64,000 nucleotides of DNA from Nitrosopumilus sp. (GCA_963662625.1 OY759726.1:1184001-1248000); one strand, 5' to 3'; shown: positions 25,938 to 37,259, counted from the stretch's first letter. The notes: generated by a model from the sequence alone, not told the origin. A program made the numbers and translations.

Positions 25938-27647
25938 TTGGACGCAGGACTCGGGGATGAGATCAGGAAACTGGCGCTGCAAAACGCGTTCGAGCACGGG
26001 GGGCAGACCCGCGACAAGATCGTCTTGGCAAAGGTGCTGGGCGCCCGGCCGGATCTCAGGGGCAGGGCGAGGGAGATCGCCGGGCAGATCTCCGGGGTGG
26101 TCTCGGAGGTCAACGCGATCCCGGTAGCGGAGCAGGGCAGGGAGCTCGAGGAAAGGTTCCCTGGCCTCCTGGCCCCCAAGGAAAGGGCCCCGGAGCGGGA
26201 GGGGCTGCCCCCGCTGCCCGGCGCGGAGCACGGCAAGGTGGTCACGCGGTTTCCCCCCGAGCCAAACGGGTACCCCCACATAGGGCACGCAAAGGCCGCG
26301 ATCATCAACGCCGAGTACGCGAGGATGTACGGCGGCAGGTGCATCCTGAGGATCGACGACACCAACCCCGAGGCGGAGAGGATGGAGTACCACGCGGCCA
26401 TAAAGGTGGGCCTGGACTGGCTCGGGGTGGAGTTTGACACCGTAAAGAGCACGTCTGACGACATGGACCTGCTCCATGAAAAGGGCCAGGAACTCATACG
26501 GTCCGGAAAGGCGTACGTGTGCACGTGCAAGAGGAAGGACATCAGCCGGAACCGGAGGGAGAGAAAGGCCTGCAAGTGCAGCGGGGGGGCCGTCGAGCGA
26601 AACGAGGACGGGTGGGAGAAGATGTTCCAGAAGTTCAGGCCGGAGGAGGCCGTAGTGAGGTTCCGCGGCGACATGGGGTCGGACAACGCGGTCATGAGGG
26701 ATCCCGTGCTGTTCAGGATAATCGACGAAAAGCACTACGTGCTAGGGAACAAGTACCGGGTCTGGCCAAGCTACGACCTCGCGGTGGCGGTCGAGGACAG
26801 CGCGGACGGCGTCACGCACGCCTTCCGCTCGAAGGAGTTCGAGCTGAGGGGGGAGCTGATCGAGGCCATCCTGGACGCGCTGGGCATGAGAAAGCCTGCC
26901 CAGGGGTTCTTTTCCCGGCTGGAGTTCGAGGGGATGCCAGTCTCCAAGAGGATCCTGAGGCCCCTGATCGAGGAAGGCAGGGTGTCGTGGTATGACGACC
27001 CCAGGCTGCCCACGCTGGAGGCCATGAAGCGGAGGGGAATCAGGCCCGGGGCGGTGAGGAAGTTCGTCCTGTCGCTGGGGATGACCAAGGCGGACACCCT
27101 GGCGCCGTTTGGCGCGCTGGAGGCGTTCAACCGGAGGCTCGTGGACGCGGACAGCATCCGGCTGCACATGGTGGCCAGCCCCTCCAGGATCGCGGTAAGG
27201 GGCATGCCCGCGCCCTTCGTGGACCTGCCCAACCACCCCTCCGGGGGGATGGGGACGAGGAGGGTGGAGGTCGGGGAAGGCCTCCTCGTAGCCGGCCCCG
27301 ACGCGGAAAACCTGCGCGCCGGCTCGCGCGTCAGGCTCCTGGGGCTCGGCAACGTCAAGATCACAAAGGCCGGCGGCGGGCTAGAGGGGGATTTCGAGGG
27401 GGACGGCGCGCCGGGAGACATCCCGAAGATCCAGTGGGTCCCGGAGGGCGGCGCGCACGGGCTGACGATCCTCGTCCCGCGCCCGCTCTTTGCCGGCGGC
27501 GAATTCGACGCGGACAGCCTGGAGGAGCTAAAGGTATATACGGAGCCGCACTACTTGCAGCTAAAAGAAGGGGAAGCGATTCAATTTGTCAGGTTCGGCT
27601 ACTGCAGGAAGGATTCTCAGAACCGGGCGGTATTCACGCACAAGTGA
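25938..27647 (+). CDS. gltX: Glutamate--tRNA ligase
   Basis: RFPPEPNGYPHIGH and VSKR...WYDDPRLPTL motifs. Confidence 0.96.
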   Translation: MDAGLGDEIRKLALQNAFEHGGQTRDKIVLAKVLGARPDLRGRAREIAGQISGVVSEVNAIPVAEQGRELEERFPGLLAPKERAPEREGLPPLPGAEHGKVVTRFPPEPNGYPHIGHAKAAIINAEYARMYGGRCILRIDDTNPEAERMEYHAAIKVGLDWLGVEFDTVKSTSDDMDLLHEKGQELIRSGKAYVCTCKRKDISRNRRERKACKCSGGAVERNEDGWEKMFQKFRPEEAVVRFRGDMGSDNAVMRDPVLFRIIDEKHYVLGNKYRVWPSYDLAVAVEDSADGVTHAFRSKEFELRGELIEAILDALGMRKPAQGFFSRLEFEGMPVSKRILRPLIEEGRVSWYDDPRLPTLEAMKRRGIRPGAVRKFVLSLGMTKADTLAPFGALEAFNRRLVDADSIRLHMVASPSRIAVRGMPAPFVDLPNHPSGGMGTRRVEVGEGLLVAGPDAENLRAGSRVRLLGLGNVKITKAGGGLEGDFEGDGAPGDIPKIQWVPEGGAHGLTILVPRPLFAGGEFDADSLEELKVYTEPHYLQLKEGEAIQFVRFGYCRKDSQNRAVFTHK

Positions 27648-27656
27648 GTGGGCGCC

Positions 27657-28523
27657 ATGAGGATAGCGAGGGTCTCCAAAAACGGCAAGGAGACGTACGG
27701 GCTGGTAAGGGACGGCATGCTTGCCACCAAGGACGACATCACGTACAAGACGGGCGTGCCGATACCGCGCAGCGTCAAGGACTTTCTGTTCGACGGGTGG
27801 TACGACGAGATCAAGGACAAGCTGGAGGGCCTCCGGTACGGCACGGACGTCTCAAGCTGCAGGCTGCTGGCCCCGATCCCTGACCCGAACAAGATCATCT
27901 GCCTGGCGTTCAACTACACGGACCACGCCGCAGAGCAGGGGCTGGATGCGCCAGAGGATCCCGTCCTGGTCCTAAAGCCTAGGACGGCGCTCAACTCCGC
28001 GGGGGACGACATCGTGTGCCCCGACTTTGTCACGCAGCTTGACTACGAGGTGGAGCTGGCGATAGTCGTCGGGAAAAACTGCAAAAACATAACGGCGGAG
28101 GATGCGCACGGGGCGATCTTCGGATACATGGTGTTCAACGACATATCCGCTAGGGACATCCAGTTCAAGGACAAGCAGTTCACCAGGGGGAAGGGCTTTG
28201 ACACGTTCGCGCCGTGCGGCCCCTGGATAACCACCGCCGACGAGGTGGGGGATCCGCACGACCTGGGGATGACGACCCGGATCAACGGGGAGCTGCGGCA
28301 GGACTCCTCGACGTCCAAGATGTTCATACGGATCCCGGAAATCGTCTCGAAGATCAGCGAGTGCATGACGCTCGAGAGGGGCGACATCATATCCACGGGC
28401 ACGCCGGCGGGCGTGACGCTGAACAAGCCCGACGGGGTGTTTCTCCGGGACGGGGACACGGTGGAGATGGAGATAGAGGGCCTCGGGGCCCTTAGAAACA
28501 CGGTGAGGGTGGAAAAGCGGTAG
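27657..28523 (+). CDS. Fumarylacetoacetate hydrolase family protein
   Basis: DYEVEL, NDISARD, GKGFDTF and GDIISTGTPAGV motifs. Confidence 0.93.
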   Translation: MRIARVSKNGKETYGLVRDGMLATKDDITYKTGVPIPRSVKDFLFDGWYDEIKDKLEGLRYGTDVSSCRLLAPIPDPNKIICLAFNYTDHAAEQGLDAPEDPVLVLKPRTALNSAGDDIVCPDFVTQLDYEVELAIVVGKNCKNITAEDAHGAIFGYMVFNDISARDIQFKDKQFTRGKGFDTFAPCGPWITTADEVGDPHDLGMTTRINGELRQDSSTSKMFIRIPEIVSKISECMTLERGDIISTGTPAGVTLNKPDGVFLRDGDTVEMEIEGLGALRNTVRVEKR

Positions 28524-28568
28524 CGGGCGGCAGGCTGGCTGCGGGCAAGAATGGTGAACGGCGCGGGC

Positions 28569-29408
28569 TTAGTGCCTTGGCATGATGCTGAGCCTGGACC
28601 TCGCGGTGACGGCGATTATGGATATGATTGCCACTCCAAGGATCATGGCCGCAACGGTGCCGAACTCCGGGATTACGTAGGTGCCTATTATCTCGATCTC
28701 CTCAGTGCCAGCCTGGAATTGTATCGTCAGCGTCCGGTACGAGCCAGTGATGGACTCTTCATAGTCCTGCACCTCCTCCCCGTCTACCAGCACGAAGAAG
28801 TCGTCGTCCGTGCCGTCCTCGTACAGGGCGCCCAGGATCGTCCTGGGTATGGAGAGCGTTATCGAGCCGTCTTCAGTGGAATTGATGGTGATGATCAGGG
28901 ACGTCTGGTCTTCATCCGGCATGATGCCGATCACTGTCCCGCCGGAGATCGAGTAGTCCACGGGCTCGGCCCCCTCTTCTATCGTGATGGAAATCCTGTC
29001 GTCCGGCGCCACGGGATCCGTGCCGGTCGCCAGCGCGCCGCCGTAGGCAAACGTGGCCTCGGCCGTGCGGGCCTGGCTGCCGTAGGTCACCCCCACGGTG
29101 TACGTCCCATCGACCTTCCACATGGGGCCTCCTGGCGTCAGCTCCACGGAGAACATCCCGCCGGAATCCACGTTGAGCTGCTCGATGCCTATTATGTTGC
29201 CGTTTGGAGCCGTGACCTTGAGGGCTATTGGCTGCCCCGATAGGAGATCCCTGACCTGCCCGGTCACGAGGATCTTATCGCCAGGCGCATACGAGGCCTT
29301 GTCGGTCATGACCGTCACCGGGTCTGGGATCTGCCCGGATGCCGGTGCCGCGCCGATGCCCGCGATAAAGACCGCCGCCAGCGCAAGCACCTTCAGGTTG
29401 GCGTTCAT
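28569..29408 (-). CDS. PEFG-CTERM sorting domain surface protein
   Basis: Signal peptide; C-terminal IEIIGTYVIPEFG + TM + basic tail. Confidence 0.92.
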   Translation of the reverse strand: MNANLKVLALAAVFIAGIGAAPASGQIPDPVTVMTDKASYAPGDKILVTGQVRDLLSGQPIALKVTAPNGNIIGIEQLNVDSGGMFSVELTPGGPMWKVDGTYTVGVTYGSQARTAEATFAYGGALATGTDPVAPDDRISITIEEGAEPVDYSISGGTVIGIMPDEDQTSLIITINSTEDGSITLSIPRTILGALYEDGTDDDFFVLVDGEEVQDYEESITGSYRTLTIQFQAGTEEIEIIGTYVIPEFGTVAAMILGVAIISIIAVTARSRLSIMPRH

Positions 29409-29604
29409 GTTTTTCCAGTCTTGATTTCTCTTATTTAAGGTTGTGAAATGCGTCCGCCCGCGCGGCACCCGCGCTGGTGATCGCCGGCAATCCCGCCGAG
29501 GGAGGATTGATCAGATTAGATATATATTAACCTCGGAGCGAATTCTTGACAGTTTGTGCATAGTATTTAACGTCACCTTTAGTGTTTTCAGGGGTGGTTC
29601 GTAG

Positions 29605-29856
29605 ATGGCTGCCAAAAAAAACCAGGTACTCGTGCCAGATCACATCCTCGTCCCAAAGCATGAGATCGTCTCCAAGAAGGAGGCCGAGGAGGTGCTGGGG
29701 AGGTTCAACTGCAAGCCGACCGAACTGCCGCTGATCTTCGTAAACGATCCCGCGATACTGGAGCTTGGCGTGAAGCCGGGGGACATGATCAAGATCACGA
29801 GGGCTAGTCCTACGGCCGGCGAGAGCTTCTATTACCGGTATGTGGTGGAAGTCTGA
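29605..29856 (+). CDS. rpoH: RNA polymerase subunit H (Rpo5)
   Basis: HILVPKH...LPLI..DP...YYRYV. Confidence 0.97.
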   Translation: MAAKKNQVLVPDHILVPKHEIVSKKEAEEVLGRFNCKPTELPLIFVNDPAILELGVKPGDMIKITRASPTAGESFYYRYVVEV

Positions 29857-32800
29857 TGGCCGATCCCTCCACCAAGCGCTGGCCGGTGATCCAAGACATC
29901 CTCAAGCGGGAGGGCATCGCCAGGCAGCACCTGAACTCCTTTGACGAGTTCCTGAACAACGGGCTCCAGAGCATCATCGACGAGGTGGGGCAGATAGAGA
30001 TCGAGAACGCCGAATACCCGTACAAGATACAGCTGGGCAAGGTCCGCCTCCAGAAGCCCAGGATGATGGAACTCGACGGCTCCATCACACACATCACGCC
30101 TGCCGAGGCGCGGCTGCGAAACGTGTCCTACTCCGCGCCAGTGATGATGGAGGCAAGCGTCGTCGAGGACGGCAAGGTGCTCGAGTCCAGGTTCGTCCAC
30201 ATCGGCGACGTCCCAGTCATGGCGAAGTCAAACGCGTGCATCCTGCACAACTTTTCCACGCAGAAGCTGGTCGAGCACGGCGAGGATCCGAACGATCCCG
30301 GAGGGTACTTTATCATCAACGGCTCCGAGCGGGTAGTGGTCGGGCTCGAAGACCTGTCGTACAACAAGATCATCGTGGACAGGGAGACCGTCGGGGGAAA
30401 CCCCGTGTTCAAGGCCAAGGTGTATTCCTCGATCGTGGGCTACCGGGCCAAGCTAGAGCTGGTGATGAAGAACGACGGCCTCATCGTGGCCAGGATACCG
30501 GGCTCCCCGGTGGACATACCCGTAGTCACGCTGATGAGGGCGCTCGGCCTGGAGTCCGACAGGGAGATCGCGTCGGTGGTCTCGCTGGTCGACCAGATCC
30601 AGGACGAGCTGGAGGGGTCCTTCGAGAAGGCCGGCGACGTCCAGACGTCAAAGGACGCCATAGTCTACATCAGCAAGAGGATCGCGCCCGGCATGCTCGA
30701 GGAATTCCAGATCAAGCGGGCGGAGACGCTCCTCGACTGGGGGCTGCTGCCGCACCTGGGAAAGCACACGGAGAACAGGAAGGAGAAGGCGCAGTTCCTC
30801 GGCGAGGCCACGTGCAAGCTGCTGGAGCTCAAGCTCAAGTGGATCATCCCCGACGACAAGGACCACTACGGGAACAAGGTCATAAAGTTCGCAGGGCAGA
30901 TGCTCGCCGACCTGTTCAGGACCGCGTTCCGCAACCTGGTCCGCGACATGAAGTACCAGCTGGAGCGCTCGGGCCAGAAGCGGGGGATAAACGCGGTGGC
31001 CGCGGCGATCCGCCCCGGAATCATAACCGACAAGCTGAACAACGCCATCGCCACCGGAAACTGGGGGCGGGGGAGGGTCGGCGTTACGCAGCTGCTGGAC
31101 AGGACCAACTACCTTTCCACGATAAGCCACCTGAGGAGGATCCAGTCGCCCCTGAGCAGGACCCAGCCGAACTTCGAGGCGCGGGACTTGCACGCGACCC
31201 ACTTCGGCAGGATATGCCCGAGCGAGACCCCCGAGGGCTCCAACTGCGGCCTCGTAAAGAACCTGGCGCTGTCCGGAATAATCTCCGTCAACGTGGCGTC
31301 CGCGGAGATAGTCGAGAAGCTGTACGACCTCGGCACCGTCCACTTTTTTGACGCCAAGGAGGACCTGAAAAAGGACGGGACCAGGATCTTCGTGGACGGC
31401 AAGCTGATCGGGTACTACAAGGACGGGCTGCGCCTTGCGGAACACCTGAGGGATCTCCGGAGGAGCTCCAAGATCCACCCGCACGTGGGGATATCTTTCC
31501 ACCACTCCGACATAGAGGGGTCCACCAAGCGGCTCTACGTCAACTGCAACGCGGGCCGGGTCCTGAGGCCCCTGATAATAATCAAGAACGGCAAGCCCCT
31601 GCTCACGCAGGACCTGCTTGACAAGATCTCAAAGAAGCTGCTCTCCTGGACCGACCTGCTCCGCATGGGGATAATCGAGCTGATTGACGCAAACGAGGAG
31701 GAGAACTGCTACGTGACGCTGGACGAGGCCGACGCCAAGGGGCACACGCACCTCGAGATCTTCCCCCCAGCCATCCTCGGCGCCGGCGCGTCGATCATCC
31801 CGTACCCCGAGCACAACCAGTCCCCGAGGAACACGTACGAGTCGGCCATGGCGAAGCAGAGCCTGGGGTTCTCAACCCCCATGATGAACACCAGCACGTA
31901 CGTGCGCCAGCACTTCATGCTTTACCCGCAGACCCCGGTGGTGAACACGAAGGCGATGAAGCTGCTCGGGCTCGAGGACAGGCCCGCCGGGCAGAACTGC
32001 GTGGTGGCGGTGTTGCCGTTTGACGGCTACAACATCGAGGACGCGATAGTCCTCAGCAAGGCCTCGGTGGACCGCGGCCTGGCAAGGACGTTCTTCTTCA
32101 GGATATACGACGCGGAGGCAAAGCAGTACCCCGGGGGCATGCGGGACAACTTTGAGATCCCCAACGCCGAGGACAACATCCGGGGGTTCAAGGGCGAGAA
32201 GGCGTACCGCCTGCTCGAGGAGGACGGCGTGGTCGCCGCGGAGTTCCCGGTCAGCGGGGGCGACATACTGATCGGGAAGACCAGCCCTCCCAGGTTCATG
32301 GAGGAGTACAGGGAGTTCGAGTCGACTGGTCCCTACAGGCGGGACACCTCGATAGGGATAAGGCCCTCCGAGACGGGCGTGGTCGACACCGTGGTCATGA
32401 CCCAGTCAAACGAGGGCGGCAAGATGTACAAGATAAGGGTGCGCGACATGAGGATCCCGGAGATCGGCGACAAGTTCGCCTCGCGCCACGGGCAGAAGGG
32501 CGTCCTCGGGATCCTGGCCAAGGCAGAGGACCTGCCGTACACGGCCGACGGGGTGTCGCCCGACGTCCTGATCAACCCGCACGCGTTCCCCTCCAGGATG
32601 ACGGTGGGGATGATGATGGAGTCGATCTGCGGCAAGGCCGCCTCGCTCCGGGGAAGCCAGTTCGACGGCTCGGCGTTCGTCGGGGAGAAGATGGACGAGG
32701 TGAGGGCCGTGCTGGGCGCGGCGGGATTCGAGTACTCCGGCAAGGAAAAGATGTACGACGGGAGGACGGGCAAGTCGTTCCCGGTCGACGTGTTCATCGG

Positions 32801-33203
32801 GGTCGTGTATTACCAGAAGCTCCACCACATGGTGGCAGACAAGATCCACGCGAGGGCCCGCGGCCAGGTCCAGATGCTCACGAAGCAGCCCACAGAGGGC
32901 AGGGCGAGGGGCGGCGGCCTGAGGTTCGGCGAGATGGAAAGGGACTGCCTCATCGCGTACGGGGCGTCCATGATACTGAAGGACAGGCTGCTTGACGAGT
33001 CCGACAAGTCAGACATCTACGTCTGCGAGAGGTGCGGCCTCGTGGCGTACCATGACGTCAAGCAGAGGAAGTACGTCTGCCGGGTCTGCGGCGACAAGGC
33101 CAAGGTGTCGTCGGTCTCGGTGGCGTACGCCTTCAAGCTGCTGCTGCAGGAGATGCAGAGCCTCAACGTCGCGCCGAGGCTGCTGATCAAGGAGAGGGTG
33201 TGA
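29856..33203 (+). CDS. rpoB: RNA polymerase subunit B (Rpo2, unsplit)
   Basis: GDKFASRHGQKG and GGLRFGEMERD motifs. Confidence 0.99.
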   Translation: MADPSTKRWPVIQDILKREGIARQHLNSFDEFLNNGLQSIIDEVGQIEIENAEYPYKIQLGKVRLQKPRMMELDGSITHITPAEARLRNVSYSAPVMMEASVVEDGKVLESRFVHIGDVPVMAKSNACILHNFSTQKLVEHGEDPNDPGGYFIINGSERVVVGLEDLSYNKIIVDRETVGGNPVFKAKVYSSIVGYRAKLELVMKNDGLIVARIPGSPVDIPVVTLMRALGLESDREIASVVSLVDQIQDELEGSFEKAGDVQTSKDAIVYISKRIAPGMLEEFQIKRAETLLDWGLLPHLGKHTENRKEKAQFLGEATCKLLELKLKWIIPDDKDHYGNKVIKFAGQMLADLFRTAFRNLVRDMKYQLERSGQKRGINAVAAAIRPGIITDKLNNAIATGNWGRGRVGVTQLLDRTNYLSTISHLRRIQSPLSRTQPNFEARDLHATHFGRICPSETPEGSNCGLVKNLALSGIISVNVASAEIVEKLYDLGTVHFFDAKEDLKKDGTRIFVDGKLIGYYKDGLRLAEHLRDLRRSSKIHPHVGISFHHSDIEGSTKRLYVNCNAGRVLRPLIIIKNGKPLLTQDLLDKISKKLLSWTDLLRMGIIELIDANEEENCYVTLDEADAKGHTHLEIFPPAILGAGASIIPYPEHNQSPRNTYESAMAKQSLGFSTPMMNTSTYVRQHFMLYPQTPVVNTKAMKLLGLEDRPAGQNCVVAVLPFDGYNIEDAIVLSKASVDRGLARTFFFRIYDAEAKQYPGGMRDNFEIPNAEDNIRGFKGEKAYRLLEEDGVVAAEFPVSGGDILIGKTSPPRFMEEYREFESTGPYRRDTSIGIRPSETGVVDTVVMTQSNEGGKMYKIRVRDMRIPEIGDKFASRHGQKGVLGILAKAEDLPYTADGVSPDVLINPHAFPSRMTVGMMMESICGKAASLRGSQFDGSAFVGEKMDEVRAVLGAAGFEYSGKEKMYDGRTGKSFPVDVFIGVVYYQKLHHMVADKIHARARGQVQMLTKQPTEGRARGGGLRFGEMERDCLIAYGASMILKDRLLDESDKSDIYVCERCGLVAYHDVKQRKYVCRVCGDKAKVSSVSVAYAFKLLLQEMQSLNVAPRLLIKERV

Positions 33204-36200
33204 TGTCGATCCAGGCGATAAAGTCGATCGACGGGATCAGGTTCTCGATATGGTCGCCGACCGAGGTGAGAAAGTATTCCGTGGCCGAGATCACGGCCCC
33301 CGAGACGTACGACGAGGACGGGATGCCAGTCCAGGGGGGGCTCATGGACGGGAGGCTGGGCACGCTGGAGCCGGGGCAGAAGTGCCTTACGTGCGGGAAC
33401 ACCGCCGCCAGGTGCCCTGGGCACTTTGGGCACATAGAGCTCGCCGAGCCGGTCCTGCACATCGCGTTCATCGACAACATCTACAAGCTGCTCCAGTCCA
33501 CGTGCAGGTCGTGCGCCAGGCTCAAGGTCCCGCAGGAGGATCTCGACGAGTTCAAGAGGATCAAGGCAAAGCACGCGGCGTACACCATAATCTCGCAGAA
33601 GAGGATCCCGGAGCAGATCATCGAGAAGGCCAAGAAGGCAAAGACGTGCCCGCACTGCGGCAAGGTGCAGTACGAGCTGATCTTCACGAAGCCGACCATC
33701 TTCGTGGAGAAGACCGAGATCGGCGAGCACAGGCTGCTGCCCATAACGATCAGGGAGAGGTTCTCGCAGATCCTCGACGAGGACCTCCTGCTCCTGGCAT
33801 ACGACCCGGTGACTGCCAGGCCGGAGTGGTTCGTGCTGCAGGCGCTGCCCGTCGCGCCGGTGACCGTCAGGCCGTCGATCATCCTGGAGACCGGCATCCG
33901 CTCCGAGGACGACCTGACGCACAAGATGGTGGACATAATCAGGGTAAACCAGAGGCTGAAGGAGAGCAAGGAGGCGGGCACCCCCCCGCTGATAGTCCAG
34001 GACCTGGTGGATCTCCTGCAGTACCACACCACCACCTATTTTGACAACGAGGTCTCCGGCATCCCCCAGGCGCACCACCGCTCGGGGCGACCGCTGAAGA
34101 CGCTGACGCAGAGGCTCAAGGGCAAGGAGGGGCGCTTCAGGGGCTCGCTGTCCGGCAAGAGGGTCGACTTTTCCAGCAGGACGGTGATCTCGCCGGATCC
34201 CAACCTGGACCTGTCGGAGGTGGGCGTCCCCGAGACGGTCGCCATGAAGCTGACCATCCCGGAGATCGTGACCGAGTGGAACATCGACAGGATGAGGAAG
34301 CTCGTGATCAACGGCCCGGACAAGTTCCCGGGGGTCAACTATATAGTGCGCCCCGACGGCGTCAAGATCCGGCTCGACTTCGTGGAGGACAGGTCCACGA
34401 TCGCCGAGACGCTGGAGATCGGGTACCTCGTGGAGCGCCACCTGGCAAACGGGGACATCGTCATGTTCAACAGGCAGCCGTCGCTCCACCAGATGTCGAT
34501 CATGGCCCACTACGTCAGGGTGCTGCCGGGAAAGACCTTCAGGCTGCACCCGTCAGTGTGCCCCCCGTACAACGCCGACTTTGACGGCGACGAGATGAAC
34601 CTCCACGTGCCGCAGAGCGAGGAGGCGAGGGCCGAGGCGATACTGCTGATGAGGGTCCAGGACCAGCTGATCTCCCCGAGGTACGGCGGCCCGATCATCG
34701 GCGCGCTGAGGGACTTCGTGACCGGCGCGTACCTGCTGACAAAGGACGGCACGACGCTTTCCGTCCAGGAGTTCTCCAACCTGGCGATGCTGGGCGGCTA
34801 TGCCGGAAAGCTGCCGGAGCCGGCGGCAAAGACCAAGGAGGGCCCCGCCTACACGGGAAAGCAGCTCTTCTCGCTGTTCCTGCCGAAGGACTTCAACTAC
34901 GTCATCACGTCAAAGTGGTCGAAGGGCACGAAGGGCAAGCCGAAGGACGTGGTCATCAAGAACGGCGAGCTGATCAGCGGCGTCATCGACAAGTCGTCCA
35001 TCGGCGCAGAGGAGCCCGAAAGCGTCCTGCACAGGATCGCCAAGGACTACGGGAACGACGTCGGCAAGAGGTTCCTCAACTCGATCCTGATCATGGTAAA
35101 GCAGTTCATCACCCACTACGGGTTCAGCTACGGCTACGGAGACCTGGAGGTCCCCGAGAAGGACAAGCGGCGTATCCTGGACGACATCTCTGCCACCTAC
35201 GACGTGATCTCCGATCTCACCTCCCAGTATGAAAAAGGCACACTGAAACTCACGCGCAGGATGAGGCCCGAGGAGGCGCTGGAGGCGTACATCGTAAACG
35301 AGCTCGGCAAGGCAAGGGACAAGGCCGGCTCCACCGCAGACCAGTCGCTCGACCAGGCGAACGCGGGCAGGATAATGGCCACCACCGGGGCCAGGGGGTC
35401 GGCGCTCAACATAGGACAGATGGCAGGCGCGCTGGGGCAGCAGTCCCGGCGGGGGAACAGGCTGCACGACGGGTACAACAACAGGGCGCTGCCGCACTAC
35501 CTGGAGAACGACAAGAACCCCGACGCCCACGGGTTCGTAAAGTCGAACTACAGGGACGGGCTCTCCGCGCTGGAGTTCTTCTTCCACGCCATGGGCGGAA
35601 GGGAGGGGCTCGTGGACACCGCGGTCAGGACGCAGCAGAGCGGGTACATGCAGAGGAGGCTCATCAACGCGCTGGAGCACATCCGGCTGGAGTATGACGG
35701 GACGGTACGCGATCCGCACGGGCACATAATCCAGTTCCTGTACGGCGAGGACGGGATCGACGTGGCAAAGAGCGATCATGGAGAGGCCTTCAACGTGAAC
35801 AGGCTGATCGAGTCCCAGACGATCGTGGATTCCGGAAAGAAGGCCACCAAGGCCGAGATCGAGGACCTGGCCAAAAAATACACGAAGACGTTCAACCCCC
35901 GGCTGGTAGGACTGGTGACGGAGAGCCTGCTGGACTCCAAGCTGAGCAGGGACGGCGTGGAGGCGGTGTGCAAGAAGGGCCTGCTGCTCTACAACAGGGC
36001 CAAGGTGGAGCCCGGCCAGGCGGTGGGGATAATCACCGCGCAGTCCATCGGCGAGCCCGGCACGCAGATGACGCTGAGGACGTTCCACTTTGCGGGGATC
36101 AAGGAGCGGAACGTGACCCTGGGCCTCCCGAGGCTCATCGAGCTGGTCGACGCCAGGAAGAAGCCGGTGACGCCCACCATGGACATCTACCTCGACGAGG

Positions 36201-36994
36201 AGACGAAGAACTCCCGGGAGAAGGCGATCCAGGTGGCCCGCAACGTCCTGCAGACCAAGGTCAGCTCGCTGACCTCGGACGTCGACACCGACTATTCCAC
36301 CGAGATCAGGCTGGTCCTGAGCCCCAACAGGCTCAAGGAAAGGGGGTGCTCGGCGGCCGAGGTGGAGGCGGCGCTCCAGTCCAACAAGAAGTTCAAGATC
36401 GAGGCCACCGGCGAGCTCATCGCGCTGAAACTGGTAGAGGAGTCAGACGCCCCCACGGTGATCGCGCTGCGGAACAAGGTCCTAAACACCACGGTGAAGG
36501 GCGTCCCAGACATCGAGCGCGTCACGCTGGTGCAGGAGGGCGACGAGTGGGTGCTCCAGACGACCGGCTCCAACATCGCCAGGGTGCTCGAGGTGCAGGG
36601 AATCGACAGGAAGAACGTCAGGACGAACAACGTCTTCGAGATCGCCTCCACGCTGGGGATAGAGGCCACGAGAAACGCGCTGATCAACGAGCTGAACAAC
36701 ACGCTGGAGGACCAGGGGCTCGAGGTAGACAACAGGTACATCATGCTGGTGTCCGACCTGATGTGCTCGCGCGGGTACATGCAGCAGATCGGCAGGCACG
36801 GGATCGCCGGGACCAAGGATAGCGTGCTTGCAAGGGCCGCGTTCGAGATAACTGTCCCCACCATCGCGCACGCCGCGCTCGGGGGGGAGGTGGAGATGCT
36901 AAAGGGAATAACGGAGAACGTCATAGTCGGGAGCAACATCCCCATCGGCAGCGGGACGGTGGACCTCTACATGCAGGTCTCCAAAAAGAAGTAG
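33203..36994 (+). CDS. rpoA1: RNA polymerase subunit A (Rpo1, fused A'A'')
   Basis: NADFDGDEMN and AQSIGEPGTQMTL in one 1263-aa ORF. Confidence 0.99.
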   Translation: MSIQAIKSIDGIRFSIWSPTEVRKYSVAEITAPETYDEDGMPVQGGLMDGRLGTLEPGQKCLTCGNTAARCPGHFGHIELAEPVLHIAFIDNIYKLLQSTCRSCARLKVPQEDLDEFKRIKAKHAAYTIISQKRIPEQIIEKAKKAKTCPHCGKVQYELIFTKPTIFVEKTEIGEHRLLPITIRERFSQILDEDLLLLAYDPVTARPEWFVLQALPVAPVTVRPSIILETGIRSEDDLTHKMVDIIRVNQRLKESKEAGTPPLIVQDLVDLLQYHTTTYFDNEVSGIPQAHHRSGRPLKTLTQRLKGKEGRFRGSLSGKRVDFSSRTVISPDPNLDLSEVGVPETVAMKLTIPEIVTEWNIDRMRKLVINGPDKFPGVNYIVRPDGVKIRLDFVEDRSTIAETLEIGYLVERHLANGDIVMFNRQPSLHQMSIMAHYVRVLPGKTFRLHPSVCPPYNADFDGDEMNLHVPQSEEARAEAILLMRVQDQLISPRYGGPIIGALRDFVTGAYLLTKDGTTLSVQEFSNLAMLGGYAGKLPEPAAKTKEGPAYTGKQLFSLFLPKDFNYVITSKWSKGTKGKPKDVVIKNGELISGVIDKSSIGAEEPESVLHRIAKDYGNDVGKRFLNSILIMVKQFITHYGFSYGYGDLEVPEKDKRRILDDISATYDVISDLTSQYEKGTLKLTRRMRPEEALEAYIVNELGKARDKAGSTADQSLDQANAGRIMATTGARGSALNIGQMAGALGQQSRRGNRLHDGYNNRALPHYLENDKNPDAHGFVKSNYRDGLSALEFFFHAMGGREGLVDTAVRTQQSGYMQRRLINALEHIRLEYDGTVRDPHGHIIQFLYGEDGIDVAKSDHGEAFNVNRLIESQTIVDSGKKATKAEIEDLAKKYTKTFNPRLVGLVTESLLDSKLSRDGVEAVCKKGLLLYNRAKVEPGQAVGIITAQSIGEPGTQMTLRTFHFAGIKERNVTLGLPRLIELVDARKKPVTPTMDIYLDEETKNSREKAIQVARNVLQTKVSSLTSDVDTDYSTEIRLVLSPNRLKERGCSAAEVEAALQSNKKFKIEATGELIALKLVEESDAPTVIALRNKVLNTTVKGVPDIERVTLVQEGDEWVLQTTGSNIARVLEVQGIDRKNVRTNNVFEIASTLGIEATRNALINELNNTLEDQGLEVDNRYIMLVSDLMCSRGYMQQIGRHGIAGTKDSVLARAAFEITVPTIAHAALGGEVEMLKGITENVIVGSNIPIGSGTVDLYMQVSKKK

Positions 36995-37025
36995 GGTGGA
37001 TCCTGGGGCGCTGGTGTGAGGAGAC

Positions 37026-37259
37026 GTGGCCGACGAAATATCCGATCTGATGTCGAAGAACAGGGACAAGGTGATCTCGCTCCGGCTCCGGGACGACAAG
37101 ACGCTAGAGGGCCGGCTGCGTGACTTTGACGTCCACATGAACCTCACGCTGGACGACGCCCGGGACGTCTCCGGCCCGGATCCGGTGGATCTGGGCAACA
37201 TCCTGCTGCGTGGGGTCAATATCATATCCATCTCGTTGCCCGAGGAAACCGGGGAATAG
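37026..37259 (+). CDS. Sm/LSm-like protein
   Basis: GRLRDFDVHMNLTL...LLRGVNI Sm1/Sm2 motifs. Confidence 0.93.
   Translation: MADEISDLMSKNRDKVISLRLRDDKTLEGRLRDFDVHMNLTLDDARDVSGPDPVDLGNILLRGVNIISISLPEETGE

Noticed and set aside
33203-36994. Fused RNA polymerase A'A'' as a novelty
   Set aside because: An unsplit Rpo1 is the established state in Thaumarchaeota
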